Assembly: GCA_963729895.1 (NCBI GenBank)
Contig: CAVSQB010000019.1
Location: 96,001 to 160,000 of the forward strand
Reading direction: 5' to 3'
Length of the DNA stretch: 64,000 bases
Source: an uncultured Fibrobacterota bacterium
Lineage (GTDB): Bacteria > Fibrobacterota > Chitinivibrionia > Chitinivibrionales > FEN-1185
Shown: piece after piece, positions 30,653 through 40,096 of the stretch
Layout of the letters: each line of letters begins with the position of its first letter
How positions within the stretch are numbered: position 1 is the first letter of the stretch
Made by a program: the position numbers and the translations under genes
The notes under the pieces: generated by a model
Told to the model about the DNA's origin: nothing
What the model saw: the letters and a program-made list of their open reading frames with translations, nothing else
Databases searched by the model: none

Positions 30653-31405
30653 TTAATCCTTTATTCGTCGAAGAAATCCATTCGGGGCAACGGTGATCAA
30701 CAGCTTGTGATCTATTTGCCTGTCAACTTCGAACTCCGGATGTATCCTAAGGTATTCCAACACGGCCGTCTTTGGGTTGTTGCCCGATCCCCACGGTCGG
30801 TCAGGAAATATCTCAGCGGGCAAGTCTTCAATGAGCGTGTCGAACGTTACACAATAGCTGCCCACAGTGGTCAACGGAGCGTAGGCTTGCAACTCGGCGA
30901 GCACATGGTCATGAGTGTGGTTGCTGTCCAAGCAGACCAACACGGATTGTTTACCCGCCGCCTTGGCCTTCACTTGCCCGGCGATCTCGGGCGCGGTGCT
31001 GGAACCTTGGATCATCGCGATGCGCTTGAACATCGGATGCGACTCGATGGCTTCGCGGTTGTGCGCGCGAATGTCGATATCCACTCCTAGAACCTCAGCG
31101 TCCTGCGGGCCGCCGCAGGCCGCGTTCAACTCCAGCATGGATGCATAGAAAATCAATGATCCGCCGTGGGCGATGCCGGTTTCGATGATGAGGTCTGGCT
31201 GGATGCGAAAGATAAGCTCCTGCATAGCAACTATGTCTTGCGGATACTGTATGATTGGACGACCAAGCCAACGAAAATTGTATGTATACTTGTGCCTTCC
31301 GGATTCGCGACACCAAATCCTGGACAAGGCTTGGAGGTCTTTATCTTTGCCAAGTTCTCGAATATTTTCATCGACTTCGTTCTTGAAAACTTCTATTGGA
31401 TTCAT
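30653..31405 (-). CDS. CmcI (cephalosporin hydroxylase) family protein / putative sugar O-methyltransferase
   Basis: WLGRPIIQYPQD, IIETGIAHGGS, LDSNHTHDHV motifs. Confidence 0.9.
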   Translation of the reverse strand: MNPIEVFKNEVDENIRELGKDKDLQALSRIWCRESGRHKYTYNFRWLGRPIIQYPQDIVAMQELIFRIQPDLIIETGIAHGGSLIFYASMLELNAACGGPQDAEVLGVDIDIRAHNREAIESHPMFKRIAMIQGSSTAPEIAGQVKAKAAGKQSVLVCLDSNHTHDHVLAELQAYAPLTTVGSYCVTFDTLIEDLPAEIFPDRPWGSGNNPKTAVLEYLRIHPEFEVDRQIDHKLLITVAPNGFLRRIKD

Positions 31406-32058
31406 TGTGAATTCTCACCTTTGTTTAATATTCGTTTGACTGGATGTCCATAGTAAAACCCCGGCTGCATAATGTTCTTGACAACAAGTGAAGCGCCACC
31501 AAAGGTAACCCGATCACAAATCTCCACGTTGTCTATTATGGTGCTCCCTATTCCCACAAAACATGATTCTCCGACTGTGACATACCCGGCGATGTTGACT
31601 CCAGGGGCGATAAAGCTATGCTTCCTAATCTTAGAATTATGCGAGATAGATACGGAAGTGTTCAACAGAACGTTGTCTTCCAACTCAACCCCAATGTCAA
31701 GAACACATCCAGGAAAGACGACCACCCCGCAGCCGACCTTGCATGATCGATCGACATAAGCGGAACTATGAATAATATTAGCCATCGGGATAATGGCGCC
31801 AAATTCATAAAAGGCATCTTTTCTAAAGTCAAACTGGTTGTAGCCAACGCCTATTGCTAATTCGTCAAAAAACCTTTCCTTAAACAGCGATTCAACGTCT
31901 TTTGTCGTGCCAACCACTTTGCCGAAATAACCTATTTGGGTGCCAGCCTCCTTTCTATTGTCGAAAAATCCAGCAATCTCGTATTTTGCGTCATTCGCCG
32001 CGTGATACGCGATCTGTTGCCCTAGGTCATTTGAGCCGATTATCGCAAGCCGCTTCAT
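31402..32058 (-). CDS. PglD/NeuD-like sugar acetyltransferase (hexapeptide repeat)
   Basis: N-terminal Rossmann-like LAIIG, IIHSSA, hexapeptide repeats, YYGHP. Confidence 0.85.
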   Translation of the reverse strand: MKRLAIIGSNDLGQQIAYHAANDAKYEIAGFFDNRKEAGTQIGYFGKVVGTTKDVESLFKERFFDELAIGVGYNQFDFRKDAFYEFGAIIPMANIIHSSAYVDRSCKVGCGVVVFPGCVLDIGVELEDNVLLNTSVSISHNSKIRKHSFIAPGVNIAGYVTVGESCFVGIGSTIIDNVEICDRVTFGGASLVVKNIMQPGFYYGHPVKRILNKGENSQ

Positions 32059-32163
32059 GTCAGCCTTGTCGTCTAATATGGGCGAGGACAATTGTGATTA
32101 TTTTCGTGAGAACATTTTCTAATTGGGTTCTACAGAAATCGATCTAGAATCTTTGAAATTGAT

Positions 32164-32919
32164 TCAAGCCGGGTCCAAATCATGACTCTTAAGAAACTTA
32201 CGCCAATCCATAGTTGACGATTTCAAGTAATTGATGCTATTCGGCCCAGCGTTAAATAACAAATCCAATATGCTTACAAACGGATTAAATGGCAGCCAAA
32301 GTTGTGGGTATTCGTCTAAATTATAATCCATATATCTTATTTCAATCCCGTTTTTATCAAAGAGTTCGTGATCGATGTAGTTTCGAGCGCCCCAACCGGT
32401 AATATAATGAGTTGCAGAAAAATACTCGCAGATTGCCAATACTCTTTCACTTTTTCTTAGTTGAGTGTTAATACCAAGGTCCGAGGAGAGAAAAAATGGC
32501 CTCTTGATTTTTAGGTAGTCTAGTATACAGTTAATCGTGTTTATATTAAATTCAGAGAGGAAATTAGTAGTAAATGAATAGATTTTCTCGATGAGCTGTG
32601 ACCAAACTTCCTGGAAAAAGGGAGCTGTCCGGTAATTCATTTGCAAGCTTCCGATATGGCTTTCCCGCCATTCATTGTTAGCAAACTTAGCATCTCTGAT
32701 TAATAAGTATCCCCCTTTTGATCTGTCAATAGGTATACTTAACCACTTCCAGCCATTTGGAGTCTTGAGCTGAACACGAGTTTCAAAACTTCTTCCCTTG
32801 CCACCACCCTTAGGCAACTGAACATCGTCATAATAGACAAAAATGTCAGACAACCTTAGTTGTTCAATAATGCCTTTCCATGGGATATACATAGGCTGTG
32901 TTATTACGAGTGAATTCAT
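32164..32919 (-). CDS. WbqC-family protein
   Basis: QP.YIPW.G...SD.FV.YDDVQ, NYR.APFF, Y.Q.W..F.P.VSILDLLFN.G motifs. Confidence 0.9.
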   Translation of the reverse strand: MNSLVITQPMYIPWKGIIEQLRLSDIFVYYDDVQLPKGGGKGRSFETRVQLKTPNGWKWLSIPIDRSKGGYLLIRDAKFANNEWRESHIGSLQMNYRTAPFFQEVWSQLIEKIYSFTTNFLSEFNINTINCILDYLKIKRPFFLSSDLGINTQLRKSERVLAICEYFSATHYITGWGARNYIDHELFDKNGIEIRYMDYNLDEYPQLWLPFNPFVSILDLLFNAGPNSINYLKSSTMDWRKFLKSHDLDPA

Positions 32920-32920
32920 A

Positions 32921-33133
32921 TTAGGTCCCATCGCTTTTCGAAATGCTGGTGATTCTTGCCGGCCCTGCAATCTTCACATCCTCATCGTCCCACCTCATCC
33001 CCCTCGCGCTTTCCGGATGATAATATTCCCCCATCATATAAAACACCTCGCAATCATCCTCAAGCGTCCGGAACCCGTGCGCGAACCCCTTGGGCACATA
33101 GAGCATGGCATGTTTTTCTGCAGACAGTTCCGG
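32921..33133 (-). pseudogene. Duplicated 3' end of rfbC (copy abutting wbqC)
   Basis: ELSAEKHAMLYVPKGFAHGFRTLEDDCEVFYMMGEYYHPESARGMRWDD...SKSDGT* matches the rfbC C-terminus. Confidence 0.9.
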
Positions 33134-33197
33134 CGGCGTGGTATTTCTCAAAGTCGGTCGAATCCGTGACGCCGGCGACAAGGATAGCTGGTCCGTT

Positions 33198-33536
33198 TCA
33201 GGAAGCACGAATCAATTGGACTGCTGAACGAAATACGGGCAGATCTTTTTGTATTATCAGCCAGAGCAATTCAAGGTCTATACCGAAGTATCCGTGGATT
33301 ATCCGATGTCTCAAGCCAATGATCTTTTTCCACTCAATGTTTTCGTGCTGCAAGCGAAAATCCTCGGGCAGCCTGGCCGCTGCCTCGCCAATGATCTCGA
33401 AATTTCGCGCCACTGCGTCCACGGTCTTGCCATCGGAGGCAAACGTCTCCTTGGTCATGCCTGCGACATAACGATCAATCTTGATGAGTGCGTCCCAGAT
33501 ATCTTCAATGAGCAGATCCACCGGTCTCTTAGACAT
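33198..33536 (-). CDS. HEPN/DUF86 ribonuclease toxin (HepT-like)
   Basis: DAVARNFEIIGEAA; RxxxxH motif RHRIIHGYF. Confidence 0.9.
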   Translation of the reverse strand: MSKRPVDLLIEDIWDALIKIDRYVAGMTKETFASDGKTVDAVARNFEIIGEAAARLPEDFRLQHENIEWKKIIGLRHRIIHGYFGIDLELLWLIIQKDLPVFRSAVQLIRAS

Positions 33537-33822
33537 ACACAAGATCCTGCTGGATGACCGCCAATGCTCTGGGTTGAAGAGCTCTTTTTGATACCAGGTC
33601 CACCGGTAAACCGAGTCCCTGTTCTATCTCTTCCGCAAGGGTGATAAATTCAAGGCCAATGGACGCGTCGACTTCCACCAGTATATCCACGTCACTATCA
33701 TCATCATTATCGCCACGGGCAAAAGATCCGAAAAGGCCCATGGATTTCACCTTATACCGGCTGAAGAGCCGTGATTTTAGTGACTCAAGCTCGCGTAGAA
33801 CTTCGCTGCGTGTGTGTTTCAT
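33529..33822 (-). CDS. Minimal nucleotidyltransferase (MNT/MntA) antitoxin
   Basis: LFGSFARG.....SDVDILV motif; overlaps the HEPN start. Confidence 0.9.
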   Translation of the reverse strand: MKHTRSEVLRELESLKSRLFSRYKVKSMGLFGSFARGDNDDDSDVDILVEVDASIGLEFITLAEEIEQGLGLPVDLVSKRALQPRALAVIQQDLVYV

Positions 33823-33892
33823 GGGACGCCTCTCAGCTTCGTAAAATACAATTCGGTTCGTTCCTTAGGCGGCTTCCAATCCGGTTGTTTGC

Positions 33893-34103
33893 TTAGCCCT
33901 CATCGCTTCTCGAAATGCTGGTGATTTTCACCGGCCACTCAATCCCAACCTCCTCGTCATCCCACCTTATGCCCCTCGCGCTTTCCGGATGATAATATTC
34001 CCCCATCATATAAAACACCTCGCAATCATCCTCAAGCGTCCGGAACCCGTGCGCGAACCCCTTGGGCACGCAGAGCATGCTATGGTTCTTTGCAGTCAAT
34101 TCG
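33893..34103 (-). pseudogene. Duplicated 3' end of rfbC
   Basis: ELTAKNHSMLCVPKGFAHGFRTLEDD...WPVKITSISRSDEG*. Confidence 0.9.
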
Positions 34104-34177
34104 GGGGTGACCTATTTCTTGCTGCCCAGGGCTCACGTGGGTTCGTCGCGGAGACACAAGAGCAATTGGAAATGCAA

Positions 34178-34654
34178 TTACTGTTGGGAAGTCAACGAAT
34201 CGCAAAAATGCCGTATGTCTTTTGAAAATCGATCTAGAAGGTCCGGCAGATTGTTGTCAAGCGATTGAATTCGTTCCTTGTCCAGCTCAAACCCGTAGGC
34301 GTTCCTGAACACGTGCCTGAACGCCAGGTACGGAAGCAGCGCGTCATGGGTGGAATCCGAAATCACCGGCGGACGGTCGGCGACTTTAATATGTGCATTA
34401 GCCAGCAATTGTTTATGCCAGCTTTCACTCTTGGGCAATCCCCCGTCGATTTCTTCACTGACGATCTTGAGTATTCTTTCAACGCCGCCGTAGAAATCGG
34501 CGATATACGAAGAAAGCGCCCGGACAAGATGTGAATCTAAAACCGCATATTTCTTTTGGAAGCTTTGTTTCTCATGGTAGACCTTCTCAAGGTTCAGAAG
34601 CTCGGCATTCAGTTCAGCTGCTATTCTCTCAAGAAACTGTTGCTCTCTACCCAT
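34178..34654 (-). CDS. HEPN-domain toxin (HepT-like)
   Basis: FY.GVERI, P....WHK.LL, FRHVFRNAYG motifs. Confidence 0.85.
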   Translation of the reverse strand: MGREQQFLERIAAELNAELLNLEKVYHEKQSFQKKYAVLDSHLVRALSSYIADFYGGVERILKIVSEEIDGGLPKSESWHKQLLANAHIKVADRPPVISDSTHDALLPYLAFRHVFRNAYGFELDKERIQSLDNNLPDLLDRFSKDIRHFCDSLTSQQ

Positions 34655-35000
34655 AGAGCACCTCTCCATGGCTTATCTTGTTCTTCATTCGCGGCGTTGC
34701 TTTTTCAACAGGTACCAGGTCCACCTCGAAATCATCAGCGCATTCCAGAAGCTTGCCGAGGGCAGGAAAGTACCTATCACTTTCAAGCCCTTCTACGGCG
34801 ATATCGATATCGGAATGCAGATCGAAACGCTCCGCGTCCGTCAGCGAGCCGATAAGAATTACCCGCCTGGCCTGATATTCTCTTACAAGAATATCCGTCA
34901 ACCGCAATGCGGCTTTTCTGGCCATTGCGTATCTGTTTTGCCGGAGCAGTTCTCTTCTACGGAATCCTATCATGTTGATTTCCTCTTGCGTTGGAAACAT
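34647..35000 (-). CDS. MNT antitoxin
   Basis: LIGSL.....F..HSDIDIAVEGL and VDLV motifs. Confidence 0.87.
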   Translation of the reverse strand: MFPTQEEINMIGFRRRELLRQNRYAMARKAALRLTDILVREYQARRVILIGSLTDAERFDLHSDIDIAVEGLESDRYFPALGKLLECADDFEVDLVPVEKATPRMKNKISHGEVLYG

Positions 35001-35099
35001 GAAGCCGTGCTCTGAACGTACTTAAGAACGGTACGGCACACCTGTAAGATACTTCCTCCCTGCCGGGCCTTTTTCAAGAGCAGCATTGAAAAATCGATG

Positions 35100-35414
35100 T
35101 TATTTTTCATAAAGAATTTTCCCTTCCCGCAAGACATTGTTGATGAGCGTCCCGGAAACTTCGCCCCATTCTCGCACTGCTTTCTCGGTATGTACGACAA
35201 TATCCACGGGAATACGCAAGGGGGAAAGCGCGCGTCTGAGCCTGGTTATCTCGGCGCGCTTGTCGGAAAGCGAATCTTCCACGACACAAAGATCTATATC
35301 GCTCTCCTCGCCCGCGTTTCCCTGAGCATAGGAACCGAACAGGATAACGGAGTTCGGATGCGCGATCCCCACCACAATGTCTACGGCCCGGTTGATTGTT
35401 TCCATCGAAATCAT
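35100..35414 (-). CDS. MNT (nucleotidyltransferase) protein; its partner HEPN gene is apparently truncated (~35060-35110)
   Basis: ILFGSYAQG....ESDIDL, PVDIVV, EG..LYE motifs; an overlapping ATG starts MKNNIDFSMLLLKKARQ, which then loses HEPN character. Confidence 0.85.
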   Translation of the reverse strand: MISMETINRAVDIVVGIAHPNSVILFGSYAQGNAGEESDIDLCVVEDSLSDKRAEITRLRRALSPLRIPVDIVVHTEKAVREWGEVSGTLINNVLREGKILYEK

Positions 35415-35442
35415 GAGAGTCTTTCAATCCATGTTGAAAGTA

Positions 35443-35521
35443 AGAAGTGCGTCCCAGATATCTTCAATGAGCAGGTCGGCCGGTCTCTTAGACATAGGAT
35501 TTCGGTGCGTGTGCGTTTCAT
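35443..35521 (-). pseudogene. Internally deleted copy of the 33198-33822 MNT-HEPN module
   Basis: MKRTRTEIL (cf. MKHTRSEVL) is joined directly to MSKRPADLLIEDIWDAL (cf. MSKRPVDLLIEDIWDAL). Confidence 0.8.
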
Positions 35522-35565
35522 AAGACGGTTCTCCTAAAATACAACGCGGTTCATTCTTTGGGCGG

Positions 35566-35616
35566 TCGCAATTGTCCTCCAGCGTCCGGAACCCGTGTGC
35601 GAAGCCTTTGTAAAGC
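35566..35616 (-). pseudogene. Short internal rfbC fragment
   Basis: KGFAHGFRTLEDNCD. Confidence 0.8.
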
Positions 35617-35705
35617 GACGTATTTGCCTTCCCTTCGTGGAGGATCTCAGGCGGGCTTCTTGCCAACGATTTCCACGCAGTGTGTGGAGAATTCGTACGA
35701 AGGAA

Positions 35706-35951
35706 TCATACGGCGACCTGATAACTTCGTCCAACACGCCGCAATCCGGCAACTTTGGTCTTCCCCAGTTCTTTGCGAATTTCTTCGAATCTGATAATCT
35801 GGTCCCTCGAATAGAGGCGTTCGCCGCAATGGGTGCAGACTTCGGCCTTGACGCTCACTGTTGCGGTGTTGTTGCCGCCTCTGAGAAGCTTCTCGACTTC
35901 TTTGGAACGCATTTCACCACCGCAAATGGGGCACTGCTTAAAAGGCATCAT
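35706..35951 (-). CDS. YgiT-type zinc finger (MqsA-like antitoxin) protein
   Basis: CPICGG...V.AEVC..CGE.LY. Confidence 0.85.
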   Translation of the reverse strand: MMPFKQCPICGGEMRSKEVEKLLRGGNNTATVSVKAEVCTHCGERLYSRDQIIRFEEIRKELGKTKVAGLRRVGRSYQVAV

Positions 35952-36022
35952 GATTTCCTCTTGATTTTCCATTTAATCCATCTGGCCGGGTCGGGGCGAT
36001 ACACAGTTATGAGTACGGCCCA
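35948..36022 (-). pseudogene. C-terminal remnant of a DUF4258-like toxin, coupled to the YgiT-type gene by an ATGA overlap
   Basis: WAVLITVYRPDPARWIKWKIKRKS* resembles the DUF4258 C-terminus. Confidence 0.65.
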
Positions 36023-36058
36023 TCACTGCTGACCCTTCTTATGTATTTGAACCCACGC

Positions 36059-36574
36059 TCATTGGTCCGCATCGCTCTTCGAAATGCTGGTGATTTTTAT
36101 TGGCCACTCAATTCCCACCTGATCATCGTCCCACCTCATCCCCCTCGCGCTTTCCGGATGATAATACTCACCCATCATGTAAAATACCTCGCAATCGTCC
36201 TCAAGCGTCTGGAACCCGTGTGCGAAGCCTTTAGGAACGTAGAGCATGCTATGGTTCTTTGCAGTCAGTTCGGCGCCGTACCATTTTTTATAGGTGGGCG
36301 AATTTGGCCGTATGTCCACGATCACGTCGAAAATCGATCCGCGAACGCAGGAGACTATCTTTGCTTCCTCGTGCGGGGCCGCCTGGTAGTGCATGCCGCG
36401 CAAGGTGCCTTTTTTCCCGTTGTACGACAGGTTGCACTGGACGCAGGAGAAATCGATGCCCTGCTTCTTAAACTCGTCCTTGCAGAACATGCGCGCAAAG
36501 AAGCCTCGTTCGTCCTCTATGGGTTCGGGCTGTATCAGGTACGCGCCGTTGAGCGATGTTGGTATAAATATCAT
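36059..36574 (-). CDS. rfbC: dTDP-4-dehydrorhamnose 3,5-epimerase family protein
   Basis: DERGFFAR, GTLRGMHYQ, DVIVDIR..SPT, VPKGFAHGFQTL motifs. Confidence 0.93.
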   Translation of the reverse strand: MIFIPTSLNGAYLIQPEPIEDERGFFARMFCKDEFKKQGIDFSCVQCNLSYNGKKGTLRGMHYQAAPHEEAKIVSCVRGSIFDVIVDIRPNSPTYKKWYGAELTAKNHSMLYVPKGFAHGFQTLEDDCEVFYMMGEYYHPESARGMRWDDDQVGIEWPIKITSISKSDADQ

Positions 36575-36648
36575 AGGCAAACAAACCGCAAGCATTCTTG
36601 TATCGTTATTTTCTGAGTGCGGCTGAAGCCTGCGGCGAGCGGAGGTCT

Positions 36649-36999
36649 TCAATCTTCAGCAAGGGATTGCAGCACTATCTTGATTCTTACTTTTGTTTCG
36701 GGCAAGTTCTTGTTGATGATGTCCCAGAGAATTTCCGTATCTATGCCGAAGTACGCGTGTATGATTCTGTTCCGCAATGCCGTCATTTGTTTCCAGGATA
36801 TTTCGGGATTGTCGCTTTGTACCTTTTCCGGAACATTTCTTGCCGCCTCACCGATTATTTCAAGATTTCTTATGACCGCGTCTGCAACCATTCGGTTTTT
36901 TGCGAACGACTCTCCGCTTAACCCGGACGTATACCCTTCAATGGTTTCTATTGCCTCCACAATGTCTTCTAGATATTGTCTTCCGGATCGCGCGCTCAT
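36649..36999 (-). CDS. HEPN/DUF86 toxin
   Basis: DAVIRNLEIIGEAA; RNRIIHAYFG motif. Confidence 0.9.
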   Translation of the reverse strand: MSARSGRQYLEDIVEAIETIEGYTSGLSGESFAKNRMVADAVIRNLEIIGEAARNVPEKVQSDNPEISWKQMTALRNRIIHAYFGIDTEILWDIINKNLPETKVRIKIVLQSLAED

Positions 37000-37286
37000 T
37001 GGAACACGACCTCTTTTAGGACCTTGTCTTTCATTCTCGGTTTTAATCCCAGGGGGGTAACCAAATCCACTTTAGTCCCGAGTTTTTGCTCCAAAAAGTC
37101 CTGAAGGTCAAAGAAATCCCATCCGATGCTTCTTTCAAACTCCACCAATATATCAACATCGCTGTTTATCGTTTCTTCGTTGCGGACGAAGGAACCAAAA
37201 AGCCCTATCTTCTTTACGCCATATTTCTGTTTGAGATAGAGCATATTTTCACTGATTATATTCTCTATTTCCTGTCTCTTAAGCAT
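36996..37286 (-). CDS. MNT antitoxin
   Basis: LFGSFVRNE....SDVDILVEF and KVDLVT motifs. Confidence 0.9.
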   Translation of the reverse strand: MLKRQEIENIISENMLYLKQKYGVKKIGLFGSFVRNEETINSDVDILVEFERSIGWDFFDLQDFLEQKLGTKVDLVTPLGLKPRMKDKVLKEVVFQ

Positions 37287-37341
37287 GCACACCACGCTTT
37301 CCTTTTCGGGGGCTCGTTTTCTGCGGATAGATCATGGTCCT

Positions 37342-37370
37342 AAAATACTCCAAACTCAACCTCGAAGCAA
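37342..37370 (-). promoter_or_regulatory. Putative sigma70 promoter of the MNT-HEPN operon
   Basis: TTGCTT-N17-TATTTT; near-identical context upstream of the 44832-45158 MNT gene (TTGCAT-N17-TATTTT). Confidence 0.55.
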
Positions 37371-37432
37371 AAACGTGAAACCACGCCAATGTCGGGCCGC
37401 GCGTTCGCCGGCCGGAGATATCTTTGTAAACC

Positions 37433-38686
37433 TCATGGGGTTATCTCCAGCCGTGGCACGGCCACAACAAACTTGCCGCCCCATTCTTGTATGCAAGCCA
37501 TCTGGCCCATAATTTCCTTTTTTATATTCCAAGGCAGGACAAGAACAAAATCCGGTTTTGTCTCTCGAATTTTCTCCGGTGAATAAATAGGAATATGCGA
37601 TCCCGGCAGATACATGCCCTGCTTGTGAGGGTTTCTGTCAACGGTATAGCCTATCAAATCGGCCGTGATGCCACAGTAGTTCAGAAGTGTGTTTCCTTTT
37701 GCCGGGGCACCGTACCCTGCAACCTGTTTGCCTGAATCACGGGCTTCTGCCAACAAGTTGAGAAGGTTGGTTCTTGTTTTCTCAACGCTCTTTCTAAAGT
37801 CGGAATATATTTCACCTTTGTCAAGTCCGGCATCTTTTTCAGCCTTGCGCACCCGATCCGCCGTACCTGTCTTCCTGCACACTGCGGCTGCCTCATGCGC
37901 CGCATAAATTCTAAGAGAACCGCCGTGAGTCGGCAGTTCTTCCACGTCAAAAACAGAAAGCCCGAATTCACCAAAAAGCGGAACAAGCGGGATAAGGCCC
38001 AAATAGGAATAGTGCTCGTGATATATGGTGTCGAACTGGTTGTTTGTTATCATTTGCAAGAGGTGTGGAAACTCAAGCGTGATGACGCCTTCGGGTTTGA
38101 GGGCGATTGCCAGGGCTTCCACGAATTCGCGGAGATTGGGGTTGTGCGCTAGTACATTGTTGCCGACAATCAAATCCGCCTTGCGGCCCGACGCTGCAAG
38201 TGCGCGGGCATAGGGTATGTCGAAGAAGCAAATGTCTGTTGGAATCCCTTTTTCCAGGGCGGCGCGCGCGGTTGCCGCGGCCGGCTCTACGCCCAGAACC
38301 GGGATTCCTTTTGCTTTGAAGTATTGAAGCAGATAACCGTCGTTGCTCGCGATCTCCAGAACAAGGCTTGACCCGGCAAGAGCGAGCCTCGGTATGATCA
38401 TTTCCGCGTACTGTTTGCAATGGTCAAGCCACGACGTCGAATACGAGGAGAAGTAGGCGTAGTCCTCGTTGAAAATGTTTGCCGCTTTCTCGACTTCCGG
38501 CAATTGCACCAGGTGACATTGTTCGCAGTGGTAAACGTCAAGGGGATAGGTCGACTCCTCTTTGGAAAGGGCCTCACGCGCGAGATACGCATTCGACAGC
38601 GGCTGCTTGCCGAGCGATAGAAAAGGCGCGGGCAAAGGAGTCCGGCAGGCGCGGCAGTGAAGCTTTGGGGTTTTGTTGGATGACAT
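37433..38686 (-). CDS. NDP-sugar C-methyltransferase (zinc-binding, SAM-dependent)
   Basis: CRAC, C..C.LVQL, EIASNDG, IYHEH.SY, YGAPAKGNTLLN motifs. Confidence 0.9.
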   Translation of the reverse strand: MSSNKTPKLHCRACRTPLPAPFLSLGKQPLSNAYLAREALSKEESTYPLDVYHCEQCHLVQLPEVEKAANIFNEDYAYFSSYSTSWLDHCKQYAEMIIPRLALAGSSLVLEIASNDGYLLQYFKAKGIPVLGVEPAAATARAALEKGIPTDICFFDIPYARALAASGRKADLIVGNNVLAHNPNLREFVEALAIALKPEGVITLEFPHLLQMITNNQFDTIYHEHYSYLGLIPLVPLFGEFGLSVFDVEELPTHGGSLRIYAAHEAAAVCRKTGTADRVRKAEKDAGLDKGEIYSDFRKSVEKTRTNLLNLLAEARDSGKQVAGYGAPAKGNTLLNYCGITADLIGYTVDRNPHKQGMYLPGSHIPIYSPEKIRETKPDFVLVLPWNIKKEIMGQMACIQEWGGKFVVAVPRLEITP

Positions 38687-38768
38687 TTTGAAATTGAAAC
38701 CCAAAAGTCTATCCGCTTTTTGAAGAATTATTATTGACTACCACTGAGACCTGTTTTTTCTTCTCGAC

Positions 38769-38983
38769 CTCATCAGCGCCGACCCTGAGGCCGAAGGATT
38801 TGGCCGCTCGCGTTGTTTGAGCCCGGCATCTTCTAACGTTTTTCGTTTTGTCTTGCCGGGCGAGTTCGTGAGCGGCCCGGCGGCCGAGGGATCAGGCGGC
38901 GCTGCGGGGCGGCGTTCTTTGCCTACTTTCTGTCGCTGCAGACAGAAAGTAGGTCGTCGCGCGGGGGCGAAACCCCGCAGTAC
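38769..38983. repeat. Structured multi-hairpin repeat (family B), full copy
   Basis: Second full copy at ~52213-52423; partial copies at ~41633-41700 and ~52004-52072. Confidence 0.8.
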
Positions 38984-38992
38984 GGTTGTGCG

Positions 38993-40096
38993 CTAGGCCG
39001 CAGGCGGATTTCGTTTGATTGCTTTCTTTGGGTCTATTCTATTCTCAAAGGATTTGATCCTCTTTATCCTGTCCCTAAAAACCTCATCTCCATGGGCATA
39101 TTCCATTATCCTGTATTCTTCAACGGTATTTCTTATCGCTTCCTTGAATGCAAAGACCCGTTTCCACCCAAGCGACTGCATCGCTTTCGTACTGTTCAAT
39201 TGCAAATGCTTTGCTTCTTTCGGTCTTGGTTTTCCGGGATCAAGAAACGTAACGGTTCCTTTTCCCCATGCGGCAACAAGCTCGTTGACAAGTTCCTCAA
39301 CCGTGCGGCTCTGGCCGGGTGACGATCCGAAGTTCCAGGCGCCGGAAAAATCATGTCCGTGTTTGAACAAGGATGTGCCAAGGAGCAGGTAGCCGTACAG
39401 CGGTTCAAGAACATGCTGCCATGGCCGCACCGACTGCGGATTTCTTATCAAAATTGGTTTGCCCTTTGTAAGCGCCCGGATACAATCCGGCACAATGCGG
39501 TACTGCGCAAAATCGCCGCCGCCGATAACATTTCCCGCGCGCGCGGACGCCGCGGCCGCGCGAGATTTTTCCGCAAAGAAAGACCGCGAATACGACTGCG
39601 TTACCATTTCCGCCGCCGCCTTTGAGCCGCTGTACGGATCATGACCGCCAAGAGGGTCATGCTCTCTAAAAGGCGAACCCTCTTCCAGGTTTTCGTACAC
39701 CTTGTCCGTCGTAATCACCACCGCGGCTTCAATTGATTTACAAGCACGAACCGCCTCCAGAAAATGTACCGTTCCCATCACGTTTACGTCGAATGTTTCG
39801 ACCGGATTCCTGTAGGATTCCAGGACAAGCGGCTGCGCGGCAAGATGGAAGGCAAGGTCGGGCTTCGTGCTCCGCATGAGTTTTTCGAGCCCGGCCGCAT
39901 CCCGTACGTCGCCGTTCACATGCTTGATTTTTTTCGCCAGGCCGCAGGCGTCGAAATGCTCGCCTTTCTTTGGAGGAAGGGCATAGCCGATAACACGGGC
40001 GCCAAGGGTCAGGAGCCACAGGCAAAGCCACGACCCTTTGAATCCCGTGTCGCCGGTCACAAATACGGTTTTCCCTTTGTAAAACTTTAGCGCCAT
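38993..40096 (-). CDS. rfbG: CDP-glucose 4,6-dehydratase
   Basis: VTGDTGFKGSWL, HLAAQPLV, DPYSGSK, RPWQHVLEPL motifs. Confidence 0.93.
   Translation of the reverse strand: MALKFYKGKTVFVTGDTGFKGSWLCLWLLTLGARVIGYALPPKKGEHFDACGLAKKIKHVNGDVRDAAGLEKLMRSTKPDLAFHLAAQPLVLESYRNPVETFDVNVMGTVHFLEAVRACKSIEAAVVITTDKVYENLEEGSPFREHDPLGGHDPYSGSKAAAEMVTQSYSRSFFAEKSRAAAASARAGNVIGGGDFAQYRIVPDCIRALTKGKPILIRNPQSVRPWQHVLEPLYGYLLLGTSLFKHGHDFSGAWNFGSSPGQSRTVEELVNELVAAWGKGTVTFLDPGKPRPKEAKHLQLNSTKAMQSLGWKRVFAFKEAIRNTVEEYRIMEYAHGDEVFRDRIKRIKSFENRIDPKKAIKRNPPAA

Noticed and set aside
32921..37370. TA array as a classical integron
   Set aside because: No IntI gene and no convincing RYYYAAC...GTTRRRY attC sites were seen; the spacers are rfbC-derived.
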